A stretch of DNA of 64,000 nucleotides from a virus (taxonomy: Duplodnaviria > Caudoviricetes). The notes under the pieces were generated by a model. The model had not been told where the DNA came from. It did no database searches and saw only the letters and a list, made by a program, of their open reading frames with translations. The first letter of the stretch is position 1, and each line of letters begins with the position of its first letter. Below, piece after piece: positions 52,843-61,485 of this stretch. The translations under genes and the position numbers were made by a program. The stretch lies in IMG/VR virus record IMGVR_UViG_3300031965_000014, positions 6,786 through 70,785 of that record. The stretch is one strand, 5' to 3'.

Positions 52843-53454
52843 TTGACCAAACGCTTGGTTAGAGATGCGCTGGAGGATCGTGTTTGTGCGCTTTACCGCT
52901 CCGGCGCGACGTGCGAACAAATTGCGCGACAGGTTGGCTGGTCGCCGATGACGGTCTATCGCATAACTAAAAAGGCTGGGATCACGCTTTCTCTAGGCGC
53001 GCGCTCGAAGGGAAAGCCAAACCTAGCGCGTCGTAGATTCGACCGTGGGAGAGCGCGGGAAATGTATGCGGCCGGGTTGTCATCCACCCAAATAGGCAAG
53101 CAACTTGGCGTCTCAAAGGCAACCGTATTGCGCGCCTTTCACGATGAGGGAGTTGATGTTCGCTCCAATCATGAAAGCAATTCTCTTCGCGCGCGCGGCA
53201 AGAAGGGAGCCTCAAGCCACGGCTACGTTCGCGTAAACGTCGGGAACAGAGAGCGTCAATACGAGCACATCCTTATAGCCGAAAAGGTACTCGGCAGACC
53301 ACTGAAGCGTCTTGAGCGCGTCCATCACGTTTACGGCGATCGCAGCGACAACCGCAATCTACTGATCTGCACGCACCAATATCACCTCGCGTTGCACCAT
53401 CGGATCTACAAAAAGTACGGCACTTGGAATTTGCCGCCACCGCCCGAATGCTGA
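52843..53454 (+). mobile_element. Free-standing HNH endonuclease gene 2 with tandem HTH repeats (low GC)
   Basis: Two MY.AG.S...I...G.S HTH units; YEH....E..LGR.L...E.VHH..GDRSDN..NL; AT-rich. Confidence 0.8.
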
Positions 53455-53654
53455 TCGTCGGCAGCGACCACCTGCTCTACCTCGTCGCCCTTTTCGTCGG
53501 GCTTGGCGTGGGCGTGGGTCTATACGCCGCCGGCGTCCTTCTCGAGCTGTGCTCGGAGAGGCCAAGGTCCATCACCGACGAAGACCTGGTCTCCGAATTC
53601 GCCAATCTCGTCATCGCATTTAACAGCAAGGGGAAGTCCGATGCTGCTGACTGA
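53448..53654 (+). CDS. Small membrane protein
   Basis: One long hydrophobic helix. Confidence 0.5.
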   Translation: MLIVGSDHLLYLVALFVGLGVGVGLYAAGVLLELCSERPRSITDEDLVSEFANLVIAFNSKGKSDAAD

Positions 53655-53940
53655 AGAAGAAGCCTCGAGGAAGTGGTGCCCGCTCTCGCGCGTGATCGTC
53701 ATCACGCCGCAAGGGGGAGCTCAATCGCCCGCCTTCAACCGCACGCTGCAGTCCGAGGCGAAGCAGATCATGGCGCCCGGCGCACCTGGCGAAGTGACCC
53801 TCAGCCTTCCCGAAGCGACGCAGTGCGCAACTTCGGGTTGCATGATGTGGCGCTGGCTCGACCACGAGAAGACCGAGAACAACGGCCAGCGCCGCGGCTT
53901 TTGCGGACTCGCGATGAATCCCCTCACCTTCATGCACTGA
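53641..53940 (+). CDS. Cys-containing hypothetical protein
   Basis: KWCP..C..SGCMMWRW..GFCGL. Confidence 0.6.
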   Translation: MLLTEEEASRKWCPLSRVIVITPQGGAQSPAFNRTLQSEAKQIMAPGAPGEVTLSLPEATQCATSGCMMWRWLDHEKTENNGQRRGFCGLAMNPLTFMH

Positions 53941-53954
53941 ACAAAGGAACCATA

Positions 53955-55250
53955 ATGAACGAAGTCGATACTTCAATCGATACCCTGCGCGTGTCACAGC
54001 CGGTCCACGGCGCAATGGTCACCGCCGATGTGGAGCGCGCGGTGCAGGAGGTCCAGGCGGCGCTCATCATCGCCAAGCGCTTCCCGCGCGACGAACAGGA
54101 GGCTTATAACCGCATCATCAAGGCTTGCAAGCGATCCGGGCTCGCCGAATCTGCGCTCTACGCCTATACGAAGGGCGGCACCGAAGTAAGCGGCCCTTCG
54201 ATCAGGCTCGCCGAAACCCTCGCCCTTCAATGGCGCAACCTGAAATTCGGTTGGCGCATCTTGACCCAGGACGAAGATAGATCCGAGGTCGAGGCATTCG
54301 CGTGGGATCAGGAAGCGAATACGCAGAATTCCATCCAGTTCACCGTGCGCCACGAGTTCAAGGCGAAGGGCGCGATCAAGAAGGTCAGCGATCCGCGCGA
54401 GGTGTATGAGCTCGTGGCAAACCAAGCCTCGCGCCGGTTGCGCGCTTGCATTCTGCGCGTGATCCCGGGCGATATTCAGGATTCCGCGGTAGACCAATGC
54501 GAAAAGACCCTCAAGGATGGCAGCGGCAAGCCGCTCTCCGATCGGGTGCGCGACATGCTCGCCGCGTTCCTGAACGAGCACGGCATCACGAAAGAGATGG
54601 TCGAAACGCGCCTCGGCAAGAAGATCGAAGCGATCAACGAGACCGAGTTTGTCACCCTCGCCCGCATCTACGTGTCGCTTCGCGACGGCATGGCCAAGGT
54701 CGAGCAGTTCTTCGACGTGACGGGCGGCGTGACTCCGACGGCCAAGGACCTGCAGGCGCAGGGCTCCGCTGCGCCGAAGAAGGACGACCCCAAGAAGCCG
54801 GCCGCCACCGCGCAGCAACCAGCGAAGTTCACCCCTGGAACGCCAACCATGTTCACGGTGGTCGACGCCTTGGCGGCGGTCAACAAGGGCGACTTCGACG
54901 CGGCGCGCGACCTGGCGCGCGGGTTTTCGGAGGACGACAGGAAGAAGATCGAGGCGTCGATCGTCGCCCGCGGTGGTGGTCCAGCGCAGCCCGCGGCCGC
55001 GGCGGAGCAGCAGGCCGAGGAGCCCGGCGAGCCGCTCCCGCCCGCCCGCACCGAGGATCTCGAGTTGGTCGACGTCCTGAAAGCGTTCAAGGACGCGAAG
55101 ACCTTGCAGGACTTGACGGCAGCCGGGGTGCTGATCGACGACCTGCCGCCCGAGGACCAGGACACTGCCAGGCGCAAGTGGATGGAGCGCAAGTCAGAGT
55201 TCGAGGCCGCGCAGCCAGCGCGGCGCGCCGGGCGCAGGGGCATCGAATGA
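53955..55250 (+). CDS. Putative single-strand annealing/recombination protein (AKRFPRD family, 431 aa)
   Basis: AV.EVQA....AKRFPRD..LY....GG..V.GPSIRLAE; near the exonuclease; acidic C-tail. Confidence 0.6.
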   Translation: MNEVDTSIDTLRVSQPVHGAMVTADVERAVQEVQAALIIAKRFPRDEQEAYNRIIKACKRSGLAESALYAYTKGGTEVSGPSIRLAETLALQWRNLKFGWRILTQDEDRSEVEAFAWDQEANTQNSIQFTVRHEFKAKGAIKKVSDPREVYELVANQASRRLRACILRVIPGDIQDSAVDQCEKTLKDGSGKPLSDRVRDMLAAFLNEHGITKEMVETRLGKKIEAINETEFVTLARIYVSLRDGMAKVEQFFDVTGGVTPTAKDLQAQGSAAPKKDDPKKPAATAQQPAKFTPGTPTMFTVVDALAAVNKGDFDAARDLARGFSEDDRKKIEASIVARGGGPAQPAAAAEQQAEEPGEPLPPARTEDLELVDVLKAFKDAKTLQDLTAAGVLIDDLPPEDQDTARRKWMERKSEFEAAQPARRAGRRGIE

Positions 55251-55504
55251 GCGACGACGCCGAGCAAGCGGCCCGGCAGGCTGAGGACCTCGTCGCCACG
55301 GCCGTCGCGCGCCTGCGCGAGGACATGCCGCGCGCTTTCATCCTCGCCTACGAAACGGGCGAGGGCGAGAAGAGCGAACTCCACATCATCACGCACTGCA
55401 ACCTGAACTCGGCGCGCCAACTGCTCGAGTTCGCCATGGAGCAGATCTCCAGCCAGTACGCCGTGGGCGTTGCCCGCAGCGCCACCACCGAGAAACCAGC
55501 ATGA
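55247..55504 (+). CDS. Hypothetical protein (85 aa)
   Basis: ATGA-coupled. Confidence 0.55.
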   Translation: MSDDAEQAARQAEDLVATAVARLREDMPRAFILAYETGEGEKSELHIITHCNLNSARQLLEFAMEQISSQYAVGVARSATTEKPA

Positions 55505-57213
55505 AGATCACCGGCATTCGCATGGAGAACGTTCTGCAGATCCGCGACATCGATGTCGCGCTCAAGCACCCGATCACGATCTTCGCCGGTGACAACAACG
55601 TCGGCAAGACGTCGATCCACGAGGCCATCCGCATCGCCTTCACCGGAGAGGCCGCGCGCGTGAAGCAGAAGAAGGACTACGGTTCCCTCCTGCGAAGCGG
55701 CGCGAAGACCGGATCGTCCATCGTCGAGTTCCAGCACGCCGGCAAGACCGGGCGGGCGACCGCGATCTTTCCGTCCATCAAGCAGGAGTGCAGCCCGCCG
55801 GCGCCGCCCGAGCTCCCCTACATCCTGGACGCGCCGCGCTTCGGCGCCCTGGACGACACCGCGCGCCGGCGGTTCCTGTTCGATCTCTTCGGCGTGCGCG
55901 CGAACGTGCAGGCGGTCTCGGAACGCATGGCGAAGAAAGGCTGCGCCGACGACCTCATCAAGATCGTGATCCCGATGCTGCGCGGCGGCTTCGAGCCGGC
56001 CGAAAAGTACGCGATCGAGCAGCAGCAGCAGTGGCGGGCGAACTGGAAGGCCATCACCGGCGAAACCTATGGCGAGGTAAAGGCCGAGAGCTGGAAGGCC
56101 CCGCTCAGCATGGCCGAGATCAACAAGGACGGCATCGCCGGTATCGCATCGACGATTGCCACGCTCACCGAGGAGCACAGCGGCATGCAGCGCGAGATCG
56201 GCGCCGCAAAAGCCTACCTCACGAGCAAGGAGCGCCACGACCGCGAGGCCGTCAACCTGAAGGCGAAGGCGTCGAACCTCGCCAAGCTGAAGCGCGAGGT
56301 GGAAACGACCGAGAAAGCCATCCCCAAGGCGCGCGCCAAGGCCGAGCAGTCCAAGGCGAAGCTCTCGACCGCGCGGCTCACGGGCCAGCCTTGCCCGTCC
56401 TGCGGGACCATCCTCGCGGTCAAGGAGGGCGGCAAGATCGTCGAGGTCGAGGCCCACAAACCCTCGCAGGTCGCCGCCCAGGAGGCCGAGGCGCAGCAGG
56501 ACGACGCCGCCCTGCGGACCCTCGAGCAGACCCTCGAGACCGTGCGCCAGCAGTTCCAGGATTCCATGGCGGCCGCTTCGCAGCTCTCCGCCATGGAGCA
56601 GGCCCTGGACAACCCGACGACGCCTGAGAAGCTCGCCGATCTCGTCGGTGGCGCGGATAGCCTCACCAAGGAGATCGCCGAGTTCGTCGAGAAGAAACGC
56701 CAGCTCGAGGACTCTGTCGCCGAAGTGGAGGCCGCCAAGAAGACGACCGAGCAGGCCCGCCAAGCGCACATCAAGTTCAAGGCGTGGACCATCGTCCGCG
56801 AAGTGCTCTCGCCCGAGGGCATCCCGGGCGAGATCCTGGAGGAGACGCTCGGGCCGCTGAACACCCGCCTCAAGGCATCGGCCGAGTTGGGCGACTGGCC
56901 GGTGCCACAGCTTCGCGGCGACATGGAGATCCTCGTCAACGGGCTGCCCTACGGCCTGCAGGGGGAGTCGGTGCGCTGGCGCGTCGACGCCATGATTGCC
57001 GAGGGCATCGCCCATGCGTCGAAGCTGAAGCTGCTCGTCCTCGATCGGATCGACGTGCTCTCGATCGGGCGCCGCGGGGAGCTCCTGGACTGGTGCTACC
57101 AGCTCGTCGAGTCGCAGAGCTACGAGTCCATCTTGCTCTTCGGCACGCTGAAGGAAAAACCGAAGATCGACGACGCCAACGTGTTCTGGCTCGAAAACGG
57201 GAAGGTCGCATGA
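55501..57213 (+). CDS. SMC/Rad50(SbcC)-like ATPase
   Basis: GDNNVGKTS Walker A, long coiled coil with a central CPSCG Zn-hook, C-terminal LVLDRIDVL Walker B. Confidence 0.85.
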   Translation: MKITGIRMENVLQIRDIDVALKHPITIFAGDNNVGKTSIHEAIRIAFTGEAARVKQKKDYGSLLRSGAKTGSSIVEFQHAGKTGRATAIFPSIKQECSPPAPPELPYILDAPRFGALDDTARRRFLFDLFGVRANVQAVSERMAKKGCADDLIKIVIPMLRGGFEPAEKYAIEQQQQWRANWKAITGETYGEVKAESWKAPLSMAEINKDGIAGIASTIATLTEEHSGMQREIGAAKAYLTSKERHDREAVNLKAKASNLAKLKREVETTEKAIPKARAKAEQSKAKLSTARLTGQPCPSCGTILAVKEGGKIVEVEAHKPSQVAAQEAEAQQDDAALRTLEQTLETVRQQFQDSMAAASQLSAMEQALDNPTTPEKLADLVGGADSLTKEIAEFVEKKRQLEDSVAEVEAAKKTTEQARQAHIKFKAWTIVREVLSPEGIPGEILEETLGPLNTRLKASAELGDWPVPQLRGDMEILVNGLPYGLQGESVRWRVDAMIAEGIAHASKLKLLVLDRIDVLSIGRRGELLDWCYQLVESQSYESILLFGTLKEKPKIDDANVFWLENGKVA

Positions 57214-57584
57214 GCCTGCCTGACTATCTGAAGGACATCGAGCGCATCCACAGTTGGCTGACGTGGTACGCCGAAGTGCGCGATTTCGATAACTACGTGG
57301 CGTTGCACCTGCTCTACCGCGCGCCAGACAGCCAAGAGATCACTCACGTCGGCGCGCCCGTCGTATTTCAAATGCAGCCCCACGAGCGGCATGCTCTCAA
57401 AGCGCCAGTACCGACGCTGCAGCTCGATCGCCAGGCCGCCACGACGCTGATGACGGAACTCTGGCGCGTCGGTGTGCGACCGGGCGGCATCAAGGAGTTG
57501 CCGAAGCCTGCGGAGATCGCCGCCATGCAAGCGCATCTCGACGACATGCGCCGGCTGGTGTTCAGTACCCGGCGCGTCGCGTGA
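57210..57584 (+). CDS. Hypothetical protein (124 aa)
   Basis: ATGA-coupled; A..LM.ELW..G.RP..MQAHLDDMRRL. Confidence 0.6.
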   Translation: MSLPDYLKDIERIHSWLTWYAEVRDFDNYVALHLLYRAPDSQEITHVGAPVVFQMQPHERHALKAPVPTLQLDRQAATTLMTELWRVGVRPGGIKELPKPAEIAAMQAHLDDMRRLVFSTRRVA

Positions 57585-57828
57585 ACGTCGCCAAGTATTA
57601 CCGAGCGCGCAACCGCGTCGTCTCAGTGCGGCGCGTTCTGTCCTCGCAAAACCACAGTGCTGGCAACGGCATCGCGCCTGTCGAGAAGCACATGATCGAG
57701 TTGGACTTTACTCGGCGCCGTCCGTCGAGCATCAAGCCGCACAGCCATCCCCACCAGCAACCGGGCTACCGCCAGCCGTCGGAGCAGCAGCGCCGGCGCG
57801 CGCGCCAACTTCTCAAAGGAGACCGCAG

Positions 57829-58173
57829 ATGAGCAACATCCGCAGCGCCACATCCATCCTGACCGAGATCCGCGACGGTCGGGCGGTCCTCGAACTTTCG
57901 CAGCAGATTCACGACGCGATCGCCGCGGTGCTCGAGCACGGCAAGCCGGCGAAGATCAACCTCGAGATCACCATCGCGCCGCTCAGAAAAGGGGCGGAGA
58001 ACCTCACGGAGGCCCCGCTCGTCTTCGCCGCCGAGGTCTCGAGCAAGTTGCCCAAGCAGGATGCGGAGGTGACGCTCTTCTTCGTCGATGCGGAGCAGAA
58101 CCCGAGCCGCCAGCCCGGCGAGCGGCAGAACAGTCTCGGCCTGCAGGTCGCCACCGGCGCCGTCAAGCCCTAA
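57829..58173 (+). CDS. YfdP-like protein
   Basis: L.EIRDG..V.ELS......AV.EHGK...I.L.I.I; AAGGAG SD; precedes YfdQ. Confidence 0.6.
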   Translation: MSNIRSATSILTEIRDGRAVLELSQQIHDAIAAVLEHGKPAKINLEITIAPLRKGAENLTEAPLVFAAEVSSKLPKQDAEVTLFFVDAEQNPSRQPGERQNSLGLQVATGAVKP

Positions 58174-58202
58174 CCCTCAACTGACCCACAGGAGCCAACG
58201 CA

Positions 58203-59060
58203 ATGGAACTCGAACAGATTCTCGAAGTGAACACCAACGCGGCCGTGCTCGCGGCCATGGTGGCCTGCTTCAGCGAAGTGCACAAGAACCCGCATCAGGA
58301 CGGGCGGGATTTCGTCATCGTCCCCGCTGGCGGCGGGCAATGGAAGGTCGAGTACCTCGAACGGCCGCCCCTGCCCATTCGCAAGAGCGGCATCGTCGAC
58401 GTCTACGACGTCGAGAGCCTGTGCAAGTACGCCGACCGCCACTTGGACAAGGACTTTTCGGTCATCTACGCGAGGCTGAACCCGGCCAAGTTCATCGCCG
58501 TCCTGAACGACCATGGGATGGGGCACAAGGACGCAACTGGCTGGGGCGACCATCACTGCGTCTTCGACCTCAAGCACTCGCCCGAGTACGCGGCCTGGAT
58601 CGCGAGGAGCGGCAAGCCGATGGACCAGGCACAGTTCGGCGAATTCATCGAGGCGAACCTGCCGGACTTCACGCAGCCGCCGGGCGCCGCCATGTACGAA
58701 CTGGCCCTCAACTTCCGGGCGAAGCAGGAAGCGTCCTACTCCGGCGCGATCAGGACCCAAAGCGGAGACATCGAGCTCACCTACACGCAGAAGACCACCG
58801 ATGCGGTTGGCGCCGTAGCCGGCAAGATGACCGTCCCGGAGCGCTTCTCGATCGAGATCCCGGTCTGGGCCGGCCTCAACCAGAAAAAGCATGCGTTCGC
58901 CGCCAGGCTGCGCTACCGCCTGGGCGGAGGCACGGTGGCCTTCACCTTCGAGCTCGACCGGCCGCACAAGGTTGTGGAGCGCGCTTTCGAGGACGTGCTC
59001 TCGGTCATCCGGGAGAAGGTGGCGGCGCCGGTCTTCTTCGGCCTGCCGCAAGGAGCGTAG
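58203..59060 (+). CDS. yfdQ: YfdQ/DUF2303 family protein
   Basis: GW.DH...F....S.EY.AW..MDQ..F.EFIE.N..P.GA..F.I.IPV..ARLRYR. Confidence 0.75.
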   Translation: MELEQILEVNTNAAVLAAMVACFSEVHKNPHQDGRDFVIVPAGGGQWKVEYLERPPLPIRKSGIVDVYDVESLCKYADRHLDKDFSVIYARLNPAKFIAVLNDHGMGHKDATGWGDHHCVFDLKHSPEYAAWIARSGKPMDQAQFGEFIEANLPDFTQPPGAAMYELALNFRAKQEASYSGAIRTQSGDIELTYTQKTTDAVGAVAGKMTVPERFSIEIPVWAGLNQKKHAFAARLRYRLGGGTVAFTFELDRPHKVVERAFEDVLSVIREKVAAPVFFGLPQGA

Positions 59061-59063
59061 GCC

Positions 59064-59285
59064 ATGCCCACCATCGAAATGGACCCGTTCCGTCAGCAGT
59101 ACCGCGAGCTCTCCGAAGAAGAGAAGCGCCACGTCGCCAACCTGAAGGGCTACGCGACGGAGCTCTACAAGGGCCTGCTCGACGCGAACATGCCGCGCCC
59201 GGGCTGCGACGCGCGCTGCCTGGCGCTCGCCCGCACCAAGCTCGAGGAGGCCGTGTTCTGGGCGGTCAAGGGAATCAGCGCATGA
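59064..59285 (+). CDS. acb2: Acb2/Tad1-like cyclic-nucleotide sponge (anti-defence candidate)
   Basis: YRELSEEE...NLK and R.LALARTKLEEAVFWAVK hairpin motifs. Confidence 0.6.
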   Translation: MPTIEMDPFRQQYRELSEEEKRHVANLKGYATELYKGLLDANMPRPGCDARCLALARTKLEEAVFWAVKGISA

Positions 59286-59488
59286 GCACGGCGGCGCAGT
59301 GCGATCGATGCGGGGAGCTCTACCCGCCACAGCATGGCGTCGTGGAGATGAATGTCAACGTCATGCAGAAAGACGCTGATACATACAGTTCATGGAGCGA
59401 CGTCGATCTCTGCCAGAAGTGCAGCGCCGAACTCCTTCGCTTCATCAAGCCGGCGCTCAACGACCTCGATCCAGAGCTAGGCAACTGA
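59282..59488 (+). CDS. Small Zn-finger protein
   Basis: CDRCG..DLC.KC. Confidence 0.6.
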   Translation: MSTAAQCDRCGELYPPQHGVVEMNVNVMQKDADTYSSWSDVDLCQKCSAELLRFIKPALNDLDPELGN

Positions 59489-59502
59489 CAAGGAGACCCA
59501 CG

Positions 59503-59895
59503 ATGGGACAGGAAGAAGGAAGCAAGGTAGTGGCCGACATGGCCGAGCAGCGCGAGGCGGCCGCCAAGGTCGAAATGACCATCCTCGACGCGATCGACGA
59601 CGCGCAATGGCTTCGCCGCACGCCCGATGGCGTAGTCGGGCCCATGCGGCTGCGCGGCATCGTCGACACGCTGCTCTCCGCGCTCGAGCGGAGCCGCTGC
59701 TACTACAACGCGATGCGCCGCGGGCAGGAGACGTTCGTGCTAGTGCAGCAGGACCGCGCGGCGCCGGCGGCCATCGGTCAGTGGGCGGCAATCGCCGCCA
59801 CGCACGGCTGCCCAGACGACAAGGTCCAGAACGCCCTCTCGACCGCCGAGCGCTGGCGCAAGCAGTTGGCCACCGCCACGAAGTGGCCGACATGA
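59503..59895 (+). CDS. Hypothetical protein (E.FVL..QD..AP.AI..WA type)
   Basis: AAGGAG SD. Confidence 0.6.
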   Translation: MGQEEGSKVVADMAEQREAAAKVEMTILDAIDDAQWLRRTPDGVVGPMRLRGIVDTLLSALERSRCYYNAMRRGQETFVLVQQDRAAPAAIGQWAAIAATHGCPDDKVQNALSTAERWRKQLATATKWPT

Positions 59896-60128
59896 CGACC
59901 ATCGTCAAGGTCGGCCAGATCTGGCGCGACAACTACAACTATCAGAGGGCGTTGGTGCGCTACGTGAAGATCCTCTCGGTCCCGCATTCTGGCTTCTCGC
60001 GCGTCACGATCAAGCGTTGCAAGATGAACGGGGCGCCGATGCCGGGCAGCCCGACGGTGCGCACCGAGATCGAGCGCTTCCACAAGGGCGGCAAGAGCGG
60101 CTTCACGCTCGTCAAGGAAGCTGGCTGA
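59892..60128 (+). CDS. Small beta-barrel-like hypothetical protein
   Basis: VKVGQIWRD..RYVKILSV. Confidence 0.55.
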   Translation: MTTIVKVGQIWRDNYNYQRALVRYVKILSVPHSGFSRVTIKRCKMNGAPMPGSPTVRTEIERFHKGGKSGFTLVKEAG

Positions 60129-60535
60129 TGCGCCGTCTCTCGCTCGACGAGTACGACGTTCGCGACTGCGGCTATAAAACGCCGTGTTGGATAGCACGCG
60201 GCCATCCAAACTCAGCAGGCTACCCGCGCAGAACCATCAACGGGAAACGGACTTATGCGCCCCGTGCCATGTACGAACGAGAGAAGGGGAAGATTCCTGC
60301 AGGTCTGGTTCCAGATCATCTGTGTTCGATCCGCATGTGCATCAATCCAGACCACCTCGAGCCAGTTACCGAAACGGTAAACGGTAGGCGCAGTAAGCGC
60401 GCAAAGATCAACGAGCAGATTGCTAAACAGATTTTGCAATCGAAGCGCTCTACGAAATGGTGGGCGGCGAAGCTAGGAATCGCCGTATCAACCGTGAGCA
60501 ACGTGCGCAGCGGTGCTCGCTGGAAAGGAGTCTGA
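60128..60535 (+). mobile_element. Free-standing HNH endonuclease gene 3 (low GC)
   Basis: CWI......GY..DHLC..RMCINPDHLEPVT..N; AT-rich. Confidence 0.8.
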
Positions 60536-60770
60536 CTTGTCTCCGTGCCCGATCTCGGTCTGCGAAGAGCCGGTGCCGGACGACCGGCTCATGTGCCGCG
60601 CACATTGGTTCATGGTCCCGGAGAAACTGCGCAGCGCCGTCTTGCGGGCTTACCACCGCTACCTGGCAAAGCGCACGGACGGCAATCTCGATGCGCTCCG
60701 GGCCGCGCAGAAAACTGCGGTGGACGCGGTGGAGGAACAGCTCGACGCGCGTAGCCAGCGCAAGGCATGA
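60513..60770 (+). CDS. Small Cys/His protein (start uncertain)
   Basis: CP..C..MCRAHW..VP..LR. Confidence 0.5.
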   Translation: MLAGKESDLSPCPISVCEEPVPDDRLMCRAHWFMVPEKLRSAVLRAYHRYLAKRTDGNLDALRAAQKTAVDAVEEQLDARSQRKA

Positions 60771-61054
60771 GCGCCTTCAAGATCGAATGGCACGATAGCG
60801 GACGCGAGCCTCAATGCCCGCCCAATCCCGCCTTCCCGAACGGAAAAGACATCGACATCGCCGAGGGCATGTGCAGAGAGGGATGGCCGCGCTGCAAGGT
60901 GGATCTGCCCTATCCGGCCAAGCGCATCGGGTACTACATGATCGAGTGCGAAGCCTGCGGGTCCACCGTCGTCGTCACAACCGCCGGACGCCCTGACGAT
61001 CCGCGCTCGGTGACGATGCCATGCAAGAAGCCTGACCCGCGGGAGGTCCATTGA
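60767..61054 (+). CDS. Zn-binding hypothetical protein
   Basis: GREPQC.PNP.FP.G..C..LPYPA..C..CG..TAGRPDDP. Confidence 0.6.
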   Translation: MSAFKIEWHDSGREPQCPPNPAFPNGKDIDIAEGMCREGWPRCKVDLPYPAKRIGYYMIECEACGSTVVVTTAGRPDDPRSVTMPCKKPDPREVH

Positions 61055-61302
61055 TTACCAAGTTCAGCGAGGCCCACGAGCGCATGCTGTCCAGCCCGGA
61101 CCTGCAGGTGCGCACGCACCGCTGGCGCGAGGTTCGGCTTCCCCCGGCCAAGGGCAGGAAACGACGCAACAATCGTGGCGCCCGCCCGGTAATCATCGGC
61201 GGCGTCTCCTATCCAAGCATGAAGCAAGCGCGCAAGGACCTGAAGATCGGCGTGAGTAAGTTCTACAGCATGCTGGACACCGGGCAAGCACGCTATGCCT
61301 AG
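61051..61302 (+). CDS. Small basic DNA-binding-like protein
   Basis: PV.IGGVSYPSMKQARKDL pattern. Confidence 0.5.
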   Translation: MITKFSEAHERMLSSPDLQVRTHRWREVRLPPAKGRKRRNNRGARPVIIGGVSYPSMKQARKDLKIGVSKFYSMLDTGQARYA

Positions 61303-61483
61303 CGTCGGCACCATGCTGAAGCAGCTCGAGGGCATGCTCGGAACCGCTGACCTCAGCGATTGGGAGCAGAAGTTCGTCGCCAACTGCCTCGAGCAGTCCG
61401 ACCAGGGACAGCACACGCCCAAGTTGACCGGCAAGCAGGTCGAGAAGATCGCACAGGTCTGGGAAAAAAACTTCGCGGGATAG
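61295..61483 (+). CDS. Hypothetical protein (62 aa)
   Basis: LSDWEQKFV..LTGKQ..I. Confidence 0.55.
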   Translation: MPSVGTMLKQLEGMLGTADLSDWEQKFVANCLEQSDQGQHTPKLTGKQVEKIAQVWEKNFAG

Positions 61484-61485
61484 GC

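Noticed and set aside
55348-57015. 555-aa minus-strand ORF
   Set aside because: Antisense shadow of the Rad50-like gene.
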